The translations under genes and the position numbers were made by a program. A DNA stretch of 64,000 nt from Methylococcales bacterium (GTDB taxonomy: Bacteria; Pseudomonadota; Gammaproteobacteria; JABHGC01). Under the pieces are notes generated by a model, which saw only the letters and a program-made list of their open reading frames with translations, was not told where the DNA came from and did not search any database. The DNA is taken from contig JABHGC010000237.1 of NCBI GenBank assembly GCA_018672285.1, forward strand, positions 17,883 to 81,882, in the 5' to 3' direction. The number at the start of each line of letters is the position of its first letter. The stretch's first letter is position 1. Below are positions 31,174-40,740 of the stretch, in pieces.

Positions 31174-34099
31174 TTAATATGATCGCATCTGATCACACTG
31201 TAAGTTATCACCCGCAGCAACACCTAAGTTTTGCGTAATTGTTTGATAAAACCCAACCCGATCTTTGGTTTTGCCATTGTGAGGTTGGTTGCACTCTAAA
31301 CCGCCATTAATCACGTTGATGGTCATGCCAAAGCCAGGCAATCGTCCTGCATTAACGTCTTCACTGCTTGGGACCCACTTGCCCGTCATTACGTCATGGT
31401 TAGACGGTTTAGGAGATTGCGTGGTCATCCAGAACCAAATAGCCGATCGAAAAGACAATACGCCATCTGTTGTGAGTAATTGAGGGTTGCTCAATAAGTC
31501 AATATCTAGCATCTCGCCCATTAACCCGTAGTTATAGTTCCAGCTTAACTGCATCGGGCCTCGACCGTGATACGTGTTTCCTGAGCTACAAAATGCACCA
31601 TACTTGGCATTGGTTGAGTCACAGTAACCGGTGCAAGCACCACCCTCGCAGCCAACTTCCTCTTTAAAGTGTAAACCCCAAGTGTAACGTTGGTCACCGA
31701 TTTCATAACCCCCCCCAACCGCCGGTTGTTTCATGTGCAATGTTCGCTAAAAAAGCGGCTAATTCTTGCTTTCGTTGGCTGAGTGATCCTTCGGTTAAGA
31801 AGTTTTCATAGTAACCTGTGGCTTCTTTTAATGCACTGTAGCTAAATAATGCATTTCTATTGGGAAAAAGTGCGTTAAATTCAGACTCAGACATTAAATC
31901 AGAAAAGCCTGAGTTGTTGCCACCTGTTTGATTATCTTGGTTGTCGTCCGTATCTGTCTCATCCGGTGTGTCGTCAGTTGGTTCTGGCTCTGAGTTGTCT
32001 GTTCCTTCGTCAATGGGGTTGGTCACTTCGACTTGTGGTGTATGGCCTAAACCTTCGTTCATTGCATTAAGAATTCGGCCATTATCGGCATCGATTTCCC
32101 AAGAAAATAAACCCGCCAAACCTAAATCACGAACATACTGTCCTTTCGCTCTGGTTGAACGCTGGTTGTCATATGTGATCAATACGCCAGTGCTGCTATT
32201 AAACACATATGGGGCTTCTGCGGCTTCATCATAACCATAAGTAAAGCCGTTGATGCCTTGGCCGGTACTGCCTAAATAGTTGTTCTCAATATCTCGGTAA
32301 TCGAGTACACCAGCTTCCCAGGTGCCTTTTGCAGCGCCATGGCCAGTGCCTGTGAGCGGGTTGCCACCAGTCATATCTGTCACGCCTGTCCAGCCTCGGC
32401 CGTACATTGCGGTTCCTAATACGATTTTACCTGCAGGTACGCCGGCATCAATCATGCCTCGTACACCTTCGTCTGCACTGTACCCTTCAATTTTTGAATC
32501 TGCAGTGGGGTATAGTGCTGTTTGGTGACCCACGGTGCCATTCCATGCACCATAAAAATCATAGGTCATGGCAAAAAAGTAATCGACCGCTTCACTCGCT
32601 TGCACATAATTAACGTTGTCGATTTTACTTGGGCCAACACCAACCGCTGAGGTGAGTTGGTATTCTTTACCGGTTTCTTGCTCAAGGTCGTCTAGGGCTG
32701 CTCTTAACTCTGTCATTAAGTCTGCATAACCCTGTCGATCTTGTGATGAACCTTTGTTGGGGTTGGCACCTTCACCGCCTGGGAATTCCCAGTCAATATC
32801 GATGCCGCCAAAGAATTCATATTGTCGTAAAAAATCCATGCAAGAGGCGACAAAGGTCGCTCGTCTTGCTGGCACATTGGCAATATCAAAGAAGGGGTCA
32901 GAGAGCGTCCAGCCACCAATAGAAGGTAATATGGTGATGTCTGGGTTGGCTGCTTTTAACCGAGTCAATTGGCCAAAGTTACCACGAATGGGGTCATCCC
33001 ATTTGTCTCCAGGGTAAGATTTTTCTAAAGAGGCAAAGCGGTCAACGATGGTCACCGTATCATCTGCTTTACTGGCGCACTCGGCGTTAATGGCTGTTTG
33101 TGCACCGGCTAATGCCGAGTCATTGTCTCCACAAATGGCGATAAAGCCATACAGTAAGTGCGTTAGGTTTTGGGCTGGGATTTTATCAACAGGGTAGTTA
33201 CGACCATAAATGCCCCATTCAGCGAAATAGGTACCGACAATTTTCCCACTGGTGTTTTTATAAGGGACATTGAATTCGCCTAAATCTGTCGGTGTCGGTG
33301 CCGGTGCTGGGTCGACTTCAGGGTCTGGTGTCGGATCAGGATCGGGGGTTGGCTCTGGGTCTGGCGTTGGGGTGCTTGCAGAACCAATGTTGATACTGCG
33401 GCTTTCACTTAAGGTGCAGGAGTCGCCAGAGCACAATTCGATAACAAACGCGTGGTTGCCTTCATCTAGGTTGACGACGGTGCTGTCAGATTGTGCTTGT
33501 TGGCCATTGGTGGTTAGGTTTGCGCTGTGAATTCTGGTGCCGTTGTGTAAAAGTGCCCATGAATCACCATTGGTTCCCCACCACATATCCCATTTTACGG
33601 TTAATGCGCCTGCTTCAGCTGAATCGGGTAACCAGGCGATGGTTGGCTTGCTGGGTGCTAATGCGGGTGTGGTGTCAGGGGTATCATCTTCAACGGGGGT
33701 GTCTTCTGTTGGCGTATCTTCAACAGGGGTTTCAGGTTCTGCTGCATCACCTGCGACGACAATGCTTTTACGGTCTGTTTTACAGCCATCGCTATTACAC
33801 AGATCCACTTCTAATGTTTGTTCTCCAGGTACTAAAGCCACTTGACAGCTACTGCTTTGTGCTTGGTTACCATTCGGTGACAGTTGTCCTGAGCACACTG
33901 ACGCGCCATTTGAATACAGTGTCCAGTGGGTACCATTTTCTCCCCACCACATATTCCAGCTGACGGCGTGGTTGGCTGGTGCATCGAACTGGGTTGGCAT
34001 CCAGTCAATGTGAGGCTGGCCTGGAGCTGCTGTTGCTGTGGCATGGAATCCGCTTAATAAAGTGCCGATCAGGAGAGGAAGCATTTGAATCTTTGGCAT
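31174..34099 (-). pseudogene. secreted chitinase with two catalytic domains, GH18 (ChiA-like, two N-terminal ChiA_N-like domains) and C-terminal GH19, interrupted by a frameshift in a G8 tract
   Basis: The 798-aa ORF 31703..34099 has a signal peptide, two repeated ChiA N-terminal-like domains ('WNMWWGENGTHW', 'WDMWWGTNGDSW'), acidic Pro/Thr linkers, and a GH18 core with 'GGIDIDWEFPGG'. It ends '...[18 protein letters not shown]', which is the start of a GH19 domain. The GH19 domain continues in the overlapping ORF 31174..31740: '[14 protein letters not shown]', '[27 protein letters not shown]'. The frames switch within the C8/G8 run at 31709-31716; removing one G reads through as ...[23 protein letters not shown]... 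Confidence 0.8.
31709..31716 (-). repeat. G8 (C8 on + strand) homopolymer at the chitinase frameshift site
   Basis: Direct reading of the sequence 'cataaccccccccaacc'. Confidence 0.9.
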
Positions 34100-34373
34100 T
34101 GTGTGGCCCCTTTTAAAGTGTCTTGATGTCAGTGTCTTTATATTATTAATTTGGCATCCATTGGATGTCTGATGCGAATGATCGCAATTGTACGGGGGGC
34201 TGGGTATCCCATAAATAGGGGATTAAACGGATATTCAGTGGTTTATTGGTCGTTTTAGGGGCGAGTGGTCGTTTTTTATGGGCGAGCGGTGTAAAAACAT
34301 TTGTAAGAATAGGATTACATTGAAGAGTTGACGGATTTTCTGGCAATGATTGCGGTTATTGAACTCTGATCAA

Positions 34374-35456
34374 TTATTCAGTGCAATGTTTGGCAAAGGG
34401 CAGGTTGGCTAAGAAGTTAGGCTGAAGCGGTTGTTTGCTATGAGTTTGGGTGAACGTTTTGAAATCAATCAGCTTAAAAGCTGTGCTGGTGAGGTGTGGG
34501 GCGCAGCGTGGTAGGTTGTTGAGGGTCATGGGATACATTTGTAAAACAATCTGTGTGCCAAGTGATGGGGCGAAGTCAAACTGGTTGTAGTGATCGTATG
34601 CCAATAATAGGGCTATGCCACCCCCGATAAAGTGGCCGCCAACGGAGGCTGCTAATGTGCCTTGTTTAACCGCTTCAATCCCTTCATCCGACCAGTCCAC
34701 TCCCCCTATAATGATGGCTGATTTTTTCTGTTGTTGGCTGGTCGCTTTGGCTGCGCCTAAAGACAGGCTATCACTTGCCGCCCAAATGATATTGCATTGT
34801 GGGTAGCGTTTGAGCAGTACTTTGGTTTTTTTGTAACCTTCCTCTGCTGTCCAGCTATTCGATCGGGTGACTTGGTGTAGTATTGCGGACTGTTTAGCTG
34901 CTGCTTGTTCTAACCCTGACATTCGTAGTTTTGCTGTGGATGAGTTGAAAGAGCCATTCAGGCCGATGATGTTAGCTGTGCCGCCTGCTGGCAGTTGTTT
35001 GATTAAGGTTGTTGCGAGCAAAGCGCCAGCCTGATGATCATTCGGTGAAAGGTGTGCTAACCAGTATTTGAACTGACCTCTAGGTAGACCAAATTGGCTT
35101 TTCTCTTGTGCCAGTATGTCACTGTTAAAAATAATGGCCTGCGTTTGGGATTGCTCAGCAAGTTGTAAAATTTTAAGTCCTGTTCCTTTTAAATTGATAA
35201 ACAACAGGTAGTCGGGTTTATTGTTAAGGGCGGTTTCTGCCATTTTATAGTACTGAAAACGGTTGGTAATACCCGATTTTGGCATGTAATAAACCTGTAG
35301 GTTTATGCCTAATTGGTTGGCAGCTGCGCGCATGAACTGGGCGGTTTTTTCCCAAAATGGGTGACTGTCTGTTGCAGGGTTTAAGAACGCAATGTTGGGC
35401 TTAGCCCAAATCCCATTAGCAAAAAACAGGCAGAGAGTGAGCAGTAAAAACCTCAT
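34374..35456 (-). CDS. periplasmic binding protein, type-1 PBP fold (sugar-binding/LuxP/TorT-like), signal peptide
   Basis: 360 aa, signal peptide 'MRFLLLTLCLFFANGIWA', two-lobed PBP1-like pattern. Its start overlaps the upstream response regulator's stop in an ATGA overlap (35453-35456). Confidence 0.65.
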   Translation of the reverse strand: MRFLLLTLCLFFANGIWAKPNIAFLNPATDSHPFWEKTAQFMRAAANQLGINLQVYYMPKSGITNRFQYYKMAETALNNKPDYLLFINLKGTGLKILQLAEQSQTQAIIFNSDILAQEKSQFGLPRGQFKYWLAHLSPNDHQAGALLATTLIKQLPAGGTANIIGLNGSFNSSTAKLRMSGLEQAAAKQSAILHQVTRSNSWTAEEGYKKTKVLLKRYPQCNIIWAASDSLSLGAAKATSQQQKKSAIIIGGVDWSDEGIEAVKQGTLAASVGGHFIGGGIALLLAYDHYNQFDFAPSLGTQIVLQMYPMTLNNLPRCAPHLTSTAFKLIDFKTFTQTHSKQPLQPNFLANLPFAKHCTE

Positions 35457-36127
35457 GTAGTATCTTCACCTAAGTGAATAATGCCCAGTTGAACGGCTTC
35501 AAATACGGCCTCGCTCCGTGATTTTACGGACAGTTTTCGATATATTTTTTTTGCATGTGAGGTAATGGTATGTACCGAGTTACCCATGACAGATGCGGTT
35601 TCTTTGTAAGAAAATCCTTTGGCTATGTACTCTAAAACGAGCTTTTCTCGGGTGGTGATGTTGGGTACCTCAACGCCAGGTATGATGGGTACTTCAGGTA
35701 AGGGTATGCTAAACCGTTTTAAGACATGTCTTGCAATCGCGGGGCTGAGCGGAGAGTGCCCTGCGACTAATTGCAGCACAGAGTCGGCAATAGATTCATT
35801 GGTTGCATCTTTTAATAAATAACCTGTTGCACCGGCTTCTAGTGCATTCATGACATTTTTTTCATCGGCAAAAATGGTGATGACCATAATTTCTGTGGAG
35901 GCTGAGTGCTGATGTGCATTTTTAATGAGATCAATGCCCGTGCCATCTGGCAGGCCAATGTCTGTCAACAAAACGTCCGGGTAGGCCTGTTCAAACTGAG
36001 CTAATGCTTGTTTGCAATTGCCCACACTGGCGATCAATGAGAGCTGTTCATGCTGCTCAATGGCATGGGAAAGCCGTTTTCGGGTGGGTGGATCGTCTTC
36101 AACGAGCATGACGCGAATGGGAGGCAT
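35453..36127 (-). CDS. NarL/FixJ-family response regulator (REC plus LuxR-type HTH)
   Basis: 224 aa, 'VMLVEDDPPTR...LTDIGLPDGTG' receiver and C-terminal 'LTTREKLVLEYIAKGFSYKETA' LuxR HTH. Confidence 0.9.
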   Translation of the reverse strand: MPPIRVMLVEDDPPTRKRLSHAIEQHEQLSLIASVGNCKQALAQFEQAYPDVLLTDIGLPDGTGIDLIKNAHQHSASTEIMVITIFADEKNVMNALEAGATGYLLKDATNESIADSVLQLVAGHSPLSPAIARHVLKRFSIPLPEVPIIPGVEVPNITTREKLVLEYIAKGFSYKETASVMGNSVHTITSHAKKIYRKLSVKSRSEAVFEAVQLGIIHLGEDTT

Positions 36128-36238
36128 ATAAAAAAACCTGATTAACTTTATACATTAATCATAGCTGGTTGCCTGCATTTTGGCAGTTTTGTTCTAGACT
36201 TAAGATATCTAAGAATAACCAGAGAAGGTGAGTAGCAA

Positions 36239-37186
36239 ATGTTCCATACCAAGATCATGAGTAAGATATTGATTTGTGAAGAAAATGATGACAGCTTGGT
36301 ACGAATTAAAGACTTTTGTGAGTTAAATAACTTATACCCATTAAAAATGGCTGATGTCGGTAGTTTGGAAAAAGTGTTGTCTTCACACCTTGACCTTGGT
36401 GGTGTTTTTCTCTCGGAAAATTTTAGCCAGTTTGATGATGTCATTCAGCAATTTCACCATGTAAGAGCTGAGGTGCCTATATTTGTACTTCGCACCTGTA
36501 ATGAACATTTATCCAGCACACTGGCTGACGGGGTGTCGGGTGAGTTTACCTTTGATACATTGGAAGAATTAAAAGCATTAATTGAAGAAACGATTTTTAG
36601 CATGGTGTACCCCGAGAAACTCATTACTCGGATGCGTGAAATATCCATGTCGATGCTAGAAAGTCAGTTTAAAAATACTAAAATCAACTGCGACTTGCCT
36701 TATTTGGTGCTGGATCACATGATTTTTGGCAAGTTACTCAGTATCATCCCGATTGAGAGTGATTGGTGCCGGGGGTATATGTCTTTACAGGCCGAAAAAG
36801 CACCTGTGAATGAGATGATTAAAGCGGGTAAAACGCATATATTAATGGATGAATTTGATGATGGCTTTCGGGGGGTGAGTAGTTTGGTTGGGGAGTTGAC
36901 CAACTTGATTTGGGGTGGGATGAAAAATGAATTTTTTAATACCATATCAAACAGCAGCTTTAGAACCCAAGTGCCTATTTTAATTAACCATGATTTACAG
37001 CATATTTCATTTGGTTCTAAGTGCCCGCAATTGTGTTTCCGTTACGAATTGCAAAGTGAAAACATTCCGCCTATTGCAATTTATCAGAAATTTATTTTTA
37101 ACTTAGAGTGGTCACCTGAGCGCTTTGTAGAGAGTGATGAGGCTGAGGAAGAATTGGTTGAATCTGGTGGTTTAGAGCTGTTTTAA
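36239..37186 (+). CDS. hypothetical protein: degenerate receiver-like N-terminus plus C-terminal region with a CheC/CheX-like 'GELTN' (E-x2-N) motif
   Basis: 315 aa. 'ILICEENDDS...DLGGVFLSEN...VPIFVLRT' resembles a REC fold lacking the canonical DD and phospho-Asp. 'SSLVGELTNLIWGG' fits the CheC/CheX phosphatase active-site pattern (A/G)-E-x2-N-x3-G. Assignment is tentative. Confidence 0.4.
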   Translation: MFHTKIMSKILICEENDDSLVRIKDFCELNNLYPLKMADVGSLEKVLSSHLDLGGVFLSENFSQFDDVIQQFHHVRAEVPIFVLRTCNEHLSSTLADGVSGEFTFDTLEELKALIEETIFSMVYPEKLITRMREISMSMLESQFKNTKINCDLPYLVLDHMIFGKLLSIIPIESDWCRGYMSLQAEKAPVNEMIKAGKTHILMDEFDDGFRGVSSLVGELTNLIWGGMKNEFFNTISNSSFRTQVPILINHDLQHISFGSKCPQLCFRYELQSENIPPIAIYQKFIFNLEWSPERFVESDEAEEELVESGGLELF

Positions 37187-37187
37187 A

Positions 37188-38636
37188 TCAAGCCGTAGGT
37201 ATGGCTAACTCTAAAGTAAGTTGGGTGCCATGTTGTTCTACTCCAGATACTAAATAGGGGCTACTCAGTTGGTAGCTTGCTTGAACCTTATCTGCTCGAT
37301 AGGACATATTGCTTAACCCTCTACCATCGTAGTCATTATCTGCTGTAAAACCGACACCATTATCCGATATTTGTACGATTATTTTACTGTCCTGTAGGTT
37401 ACAGCTTAAATTGAGGGTGTTTGCTTTACAGTGCTTCATGCTATTGGTCACAAATTCTTGTAAGATTCTCACCAGTTGTAAACGGGTGTCTGAGCTGTAG
37501 TGAATGTTATCTCCTGCTTGGTCCACTTGCCAGTTAAAGTGGATATTTTGTACCTCTAGCTGTGGCTCTATTCTGTTTCGGAACATACCAAGGCAGCTAT
37601 TTAAATCATCGGCAGTGCTATCGAGTGAGTCAATAATTAAGCGCAAATCCGTCATGCTTGCACGGACTGCCTGCTCTATATCTGCTCGGCTATAGTGATC
37701 ACAACTGACCATTGATAGGGTGGATATTAACAGGCCGCCAACACCATCATGCATGTCTCGCATAATACGCTCACGTTCTGCAGAAACCCCTTTTTCATGC
37801 TCTAAGGTGATGAGCTTTTTGAAAGAGGATTGAAGCTCATCATTGGCGGTCTCAAGTTCATTGGTGCGCTTTTGAACCTGTAGCTCTAAGTGGTTTTGAT
37901 AGTTTTTTAAGGAGCGTTCCGCTTGGTCTCTTTGCTGTAGGGTGTTATCAAACTTATCTAATAAATGATTGATGGTATCAATCAGCTCTCCAATCTCATT
38001 GTGTTTGTTTTTATCTAATATTTCAATGCGGGTGTTGTACGCGGTGCTGGGATCTATTTGAGAAATACGCTGAATGATTTTGATTAGCGGTAACGTTAAG
38101 GTGATGTAAAAGGCGACTAAAAACAGTAAGGCCAGTAAGGTGTTACGAATGAAGCCACTACCAAATACTATGGCTGCTCGATGGAGCAATTTATCAATTA
38201 ACACTAACTGACTGGCTTGGAGTTGTAGAATGCCAATTTTTTGCAGGCTTTCAGGGTCAATAATGGGGTGTTCGAATAGGATTGGGTTGAGATCTAAATA
38301 CGCTGAAAACCAATATTCAGTCGTTATGGGGTGTTGATGCTGGGCGATGGTGGCTTTGTGTTGGTCTATTACAGCCGCAGACTCGACTGCGGGGTGGTGA
38401 AATAATCCTTTTAATACCGCATTTGCTAAGCCTTCATCAACATCTAGAATCGCTCTGGTCAAAGGGGACTCAAACATGCTTAAAGCTTGGCTTAGGTCTT
38501 GTTTTAATTGTGTTTGTTCGTCAAATGCATCGTATATAATTTGGCTGGTGCTAATGAGTAAACCAAGGCATAGCGCCAGTAGCATGGTAATTTTGGCGTG
38601 TTGTAAGGCAAGTTTGCTTCTGAATGGGTGGTTCAT
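37188..38636 (-). CDS. sensor histidine kinase, HisKA_3 (NarX-like) family, with periplasmic sensor domain
   Basis: 482 aa, two TM helices flanking a ~150-aa periplasmic domain, coiled-coil linker, H-box 'ERERIMRDMHDGVGGLL', and HATPase_c with 'DNGVGF'. Confidence 0.85.
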   Translation of the reverse strand: MNHPFRSKLALQHAKITMLLALCLGLLISTSQIIYDAFDEQTQLKQDLSQALSMFESPLTRAILDVDEGLANAVLKGLFHHPAVESAAVIDQHKATIAQHQHPITTEYWFSAYLDLNPILFEHPIIDPESLQKIGILQLQASQLVLIDKLLHRAAIVFGSGFIRNTLLALLFLVAFYITLTLPLIKIIQRISQIDPSTAYNTRIEILDKNKHNEIGELIDTINHLLDKFDNTLQQRDQAERSLKNYQNHLELQVQKRTNELETANDELQSSFKKLITLEHEKGVSAERERIMRDMHDGVGGLLISTLSMVSCDHYSRADIEQAVRASMTDLRLIIDSLDSTADDLNSCLGMFRNRIEPQLEVQNIHFNWQVDQAGDNIHYSSDTRLQLVRILQEFVTNSMKHCKANTLNLSCNLQDSKIIVQISDNGVGFTADNDYDGRGLSNMSYRADKVQASYQLSSPYLVSGVEQHGTQLTLELAIPTA

Positions 38637-38650
38637 CTTTACCTTGTTGG

Positions 38651-40636
38651 TTAAATCCGATAACTAGACAGGCTGCTTTTTAGAAGGGTTAAGTTTTTAT
38701 ATTTGAGGTTTTCATCGAAGTGTTCTGTTAAAAAGGCTGTGAACTCATCTTCAGGTAGGGGTTTGCTGATGAAATATCCTTGAGCAATATCACAACCCAT
38801 GTCTAATAATTGCTGATAAATATCTTGAGATTCAATGCCCTCGGCAACAACAAGTAAACCTAAGTTATGGGCAAGGTCTACTGTTGAACGCACAATAGCT
38901 GCGTCATCCATATCCGTTGTCATATCACGAATAAAAGATTGGTCAATTTTTAACTCGCTCACGGGGAGCTTTTTCAGTCGGCTTAATGACGAGTAACCTG
39001 TGCCGAAATCATCAATGGATAGGTGGACGTCCATATCTCGGATAAGTGCTAATGTATCGGCTAAATTATCATAGTCAGACAAAAATAAATTTTCAGTGAT
39101 CTCAAACAACAGCTGATGTCGGAAAGGGTGGTTACTCAAGCTGTTTTTAATGGTTGAGATAAAGTCTTGGCTAACGAGTGTTTGGGTGGAGATGTTTACG
39201 GCAATTTTAATTTTAAACCCAATGTTATTCCAACACTGAATCTGTAGCAGTGCTTCTCTTATTGCCCAGTCGGTAAAGCGATTAATTAGCCCTGTTTGTT
39301 CTAAACAGGGGATAAATTGATCTGGGGGGGTCATGCCGTGGCCGTCTCGCGGCCATCTTGCGAGGGCTTCAACACCGATTAAAGTGCCTGTTTCTATATC
39401 GAGCTTGGGTTGGTAGTAAAGCGTAAATTCATTCTGGTCTAGTGCTTGGTGAAGGTCTGCGACTAAGGTGACTTTGAATAGTGATGATTGATCTTCATCA
39501 GGATTATAAATGCTGTAGCCACTTTTGCTACTTTTTGCATGATACATCGCGTGGTCAACATGGCTTAGTAAGGTATTGGTATCTTCTCCATGTTCTGGGT
39601 AGCTGGCAATGCCGATGCTGGCATGGATGGTGATTGGGGTTGCATCATCTGAATTTGCCTGTTTCAGTGCGAAAGGTGTATCGAGTAAGTTGAGTAATGA
39701 TTGTGCGTAACGTGATGCATCAGCGGAATCGGAGTCAGCTAAGATTAAGGTGAACTCATCACCGCCTAATCGACTGAACGTTTTATCTTGGTCGATAAAA
39801 GCAGATAGCCGTTTTGTGACTTTCTGTAGTAAAGCGTCGCCCTGGTCATGGCCTAAGGTGTCATTGACTTGCTTAAAGTCATTTAAGTCGATCAGTAAAA
39901 TGCTGAGGTCGTTATCTTGATGATCGGCATATTTGAGTTGTTGTGATAATCGGCCTTTGAAAAGTGACCGGTTAGGTAGTGCCGTTAAGGGGTCGTATAG
40001 GCTTAAGTGCTCAAGGCGTTGGTTGTTTGCAACGAGGCGTTTGTTGAGCCTCCCCATTCGCATTTGGTATTCGGCGTTGACTTTATTCGCCGTTTCGATT
40101 TCTTGCACCGTAAACGCATTCTCTATTGCGATAGCGACAATACTGGCAAACAAAGACAGTAAATTGAGGTCTCGACGGGTGAAGTCTCCACCACCTATTT
40201 TATTGATGCCAGCTATGCCACCTAAAAAATGCTTTGGCCCTTGTAGCGGCACGAGAATGATGGTGTTTGACTCTTTATTCCAGCGAGCTTTCTCTTCTTC
40301 GCTTAGCTCGTTAATGGTCTCTGACCACCACGCTTTTTTATGTGCCCAGACCCAACCACACACACCGTAGTCAATGGGCATCGTTTCACCGATGATGGTG
40401 TCCGCATCGTCGCCTGCACCTCCGCAATAGGTATAGGTGTTTGCATATTGGTCTAAGATGGGGATCAGTAGTGTTTTGGCTTGAACCAGTGTTTTAGCGC
40501 GATGTGCAACAATGTGATAGATCGACTCTAAATCTAGCTGACTGCCAATTTCGGTGAAGGTTTGCTGGAGCAGCTCAATTTCTTCTTCTGCATTAAAGAG
40601 TTGTTGTTCTAACTCGGGTGGTTCCATGCTGCTCAT
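38651..40636 (-). CDS. GAF-GGDEF-EAL c-di-GMP cyclase/phosphodiesterase
   Basis: 661 aa, N-terminal GAF, 'RLGGDEFTLIL' GGDEF motif, 'EALARW' EAL motif with downstream 'DDFGTGYSS'. Confidence 0.85.
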   Translation of the reverse strand: MSSMEPPELEQQLFNAEEEIELLQQTFTEIGSQLDLESIYHIVAHRAKTLVQAKTLLIPILDQYANTYTYCGGAGDDADTIIGETMPIDYGVCGWVWAHKKAWWSETINELSEEEKARWNKESNTIILVPLQGPKHFLGGIAGINKIGGGDFTRRDLNLLSLFASIVAIAIENAFTVQEIETANKVNAEYQMRMGRLNKRLVANNQRLEHLSLYDPLTALPNRSLFKGRLSQQLKYADHQDNDLSILLIDLNDFKQVNDTLGHDQGDALLQKVTKRLSAFIDQDKTFSRLGGDEFTLILADSDSADASRYAQSLLNLLDTPFALKQANSDDATPITIHASIGIASYPEHGEDTNTLLSHVDHAMYHAKSSKSGYSIYNPDEDQSSLFKVTLVADLHQALDQNEFTLYYQPKLDIETGTLIGVEALARWPRDGHGMTPPDQFIPCLEQTGLINRFTDWAIREALLQIQCWNNIGFKIKIAVNISTQTLVSQDFISTIKNSLSNHPFRHQLLFEITENLFLSDYDNLADTLALIRDMDVHLSIDDFGTGYSSLSRLKKLPVSELKIDQSFIRDMTTDMDDAAIVRSTVDLAHNLGLLVVAEGIESQDIYQQLLDMGCDIAQGYFISKPLPEDEFTAFLTEHFDENLKYKNLTLLKSSLSSYRI

Positions 40637-40695
40637 ACCATATAAGGAATAAAATACTTATATAGAGTATAGCTGAAAATTGTTATGCAGTGAGA

Positions 40696-40730
40696 TTGGC
40701 ACCAAAAACAGACAGGTGTTTGTTGGTGCC
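40696..40730 (-). terminator. hairpin immediately downstream of the DoxX gene (candidate operon terminator)
   Basis: tggcaccaaaaaca / tgtttgttggtgcca arms, about 14 bp with one bulge, 6-nt loop, 11 nt past the DoxX stop. No strong U-tract. Confidence 0.4.
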
Positions 40731-40740
40731 ATGAAGCAGC

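Noticed and set aside
31941-33963. Several plus-strand ORFs (97, 68, 68, 87, 86, 156, 102 aa) inside the chitinase gene
   Set aside because: Opposite strand of a gene with clear GH18 and ChiA-N signatures; Ser/Gly/Val low-complexity readings of the Thr/Pro/Asp linkers.
36148-36444. 98-aa minus-strand ORF overlapping the start of the 36239..37186 gene
   Set aside because: It overlaps the divergent promoter region and the 5' end of a longer, better-supported ORF, and has no motifs.
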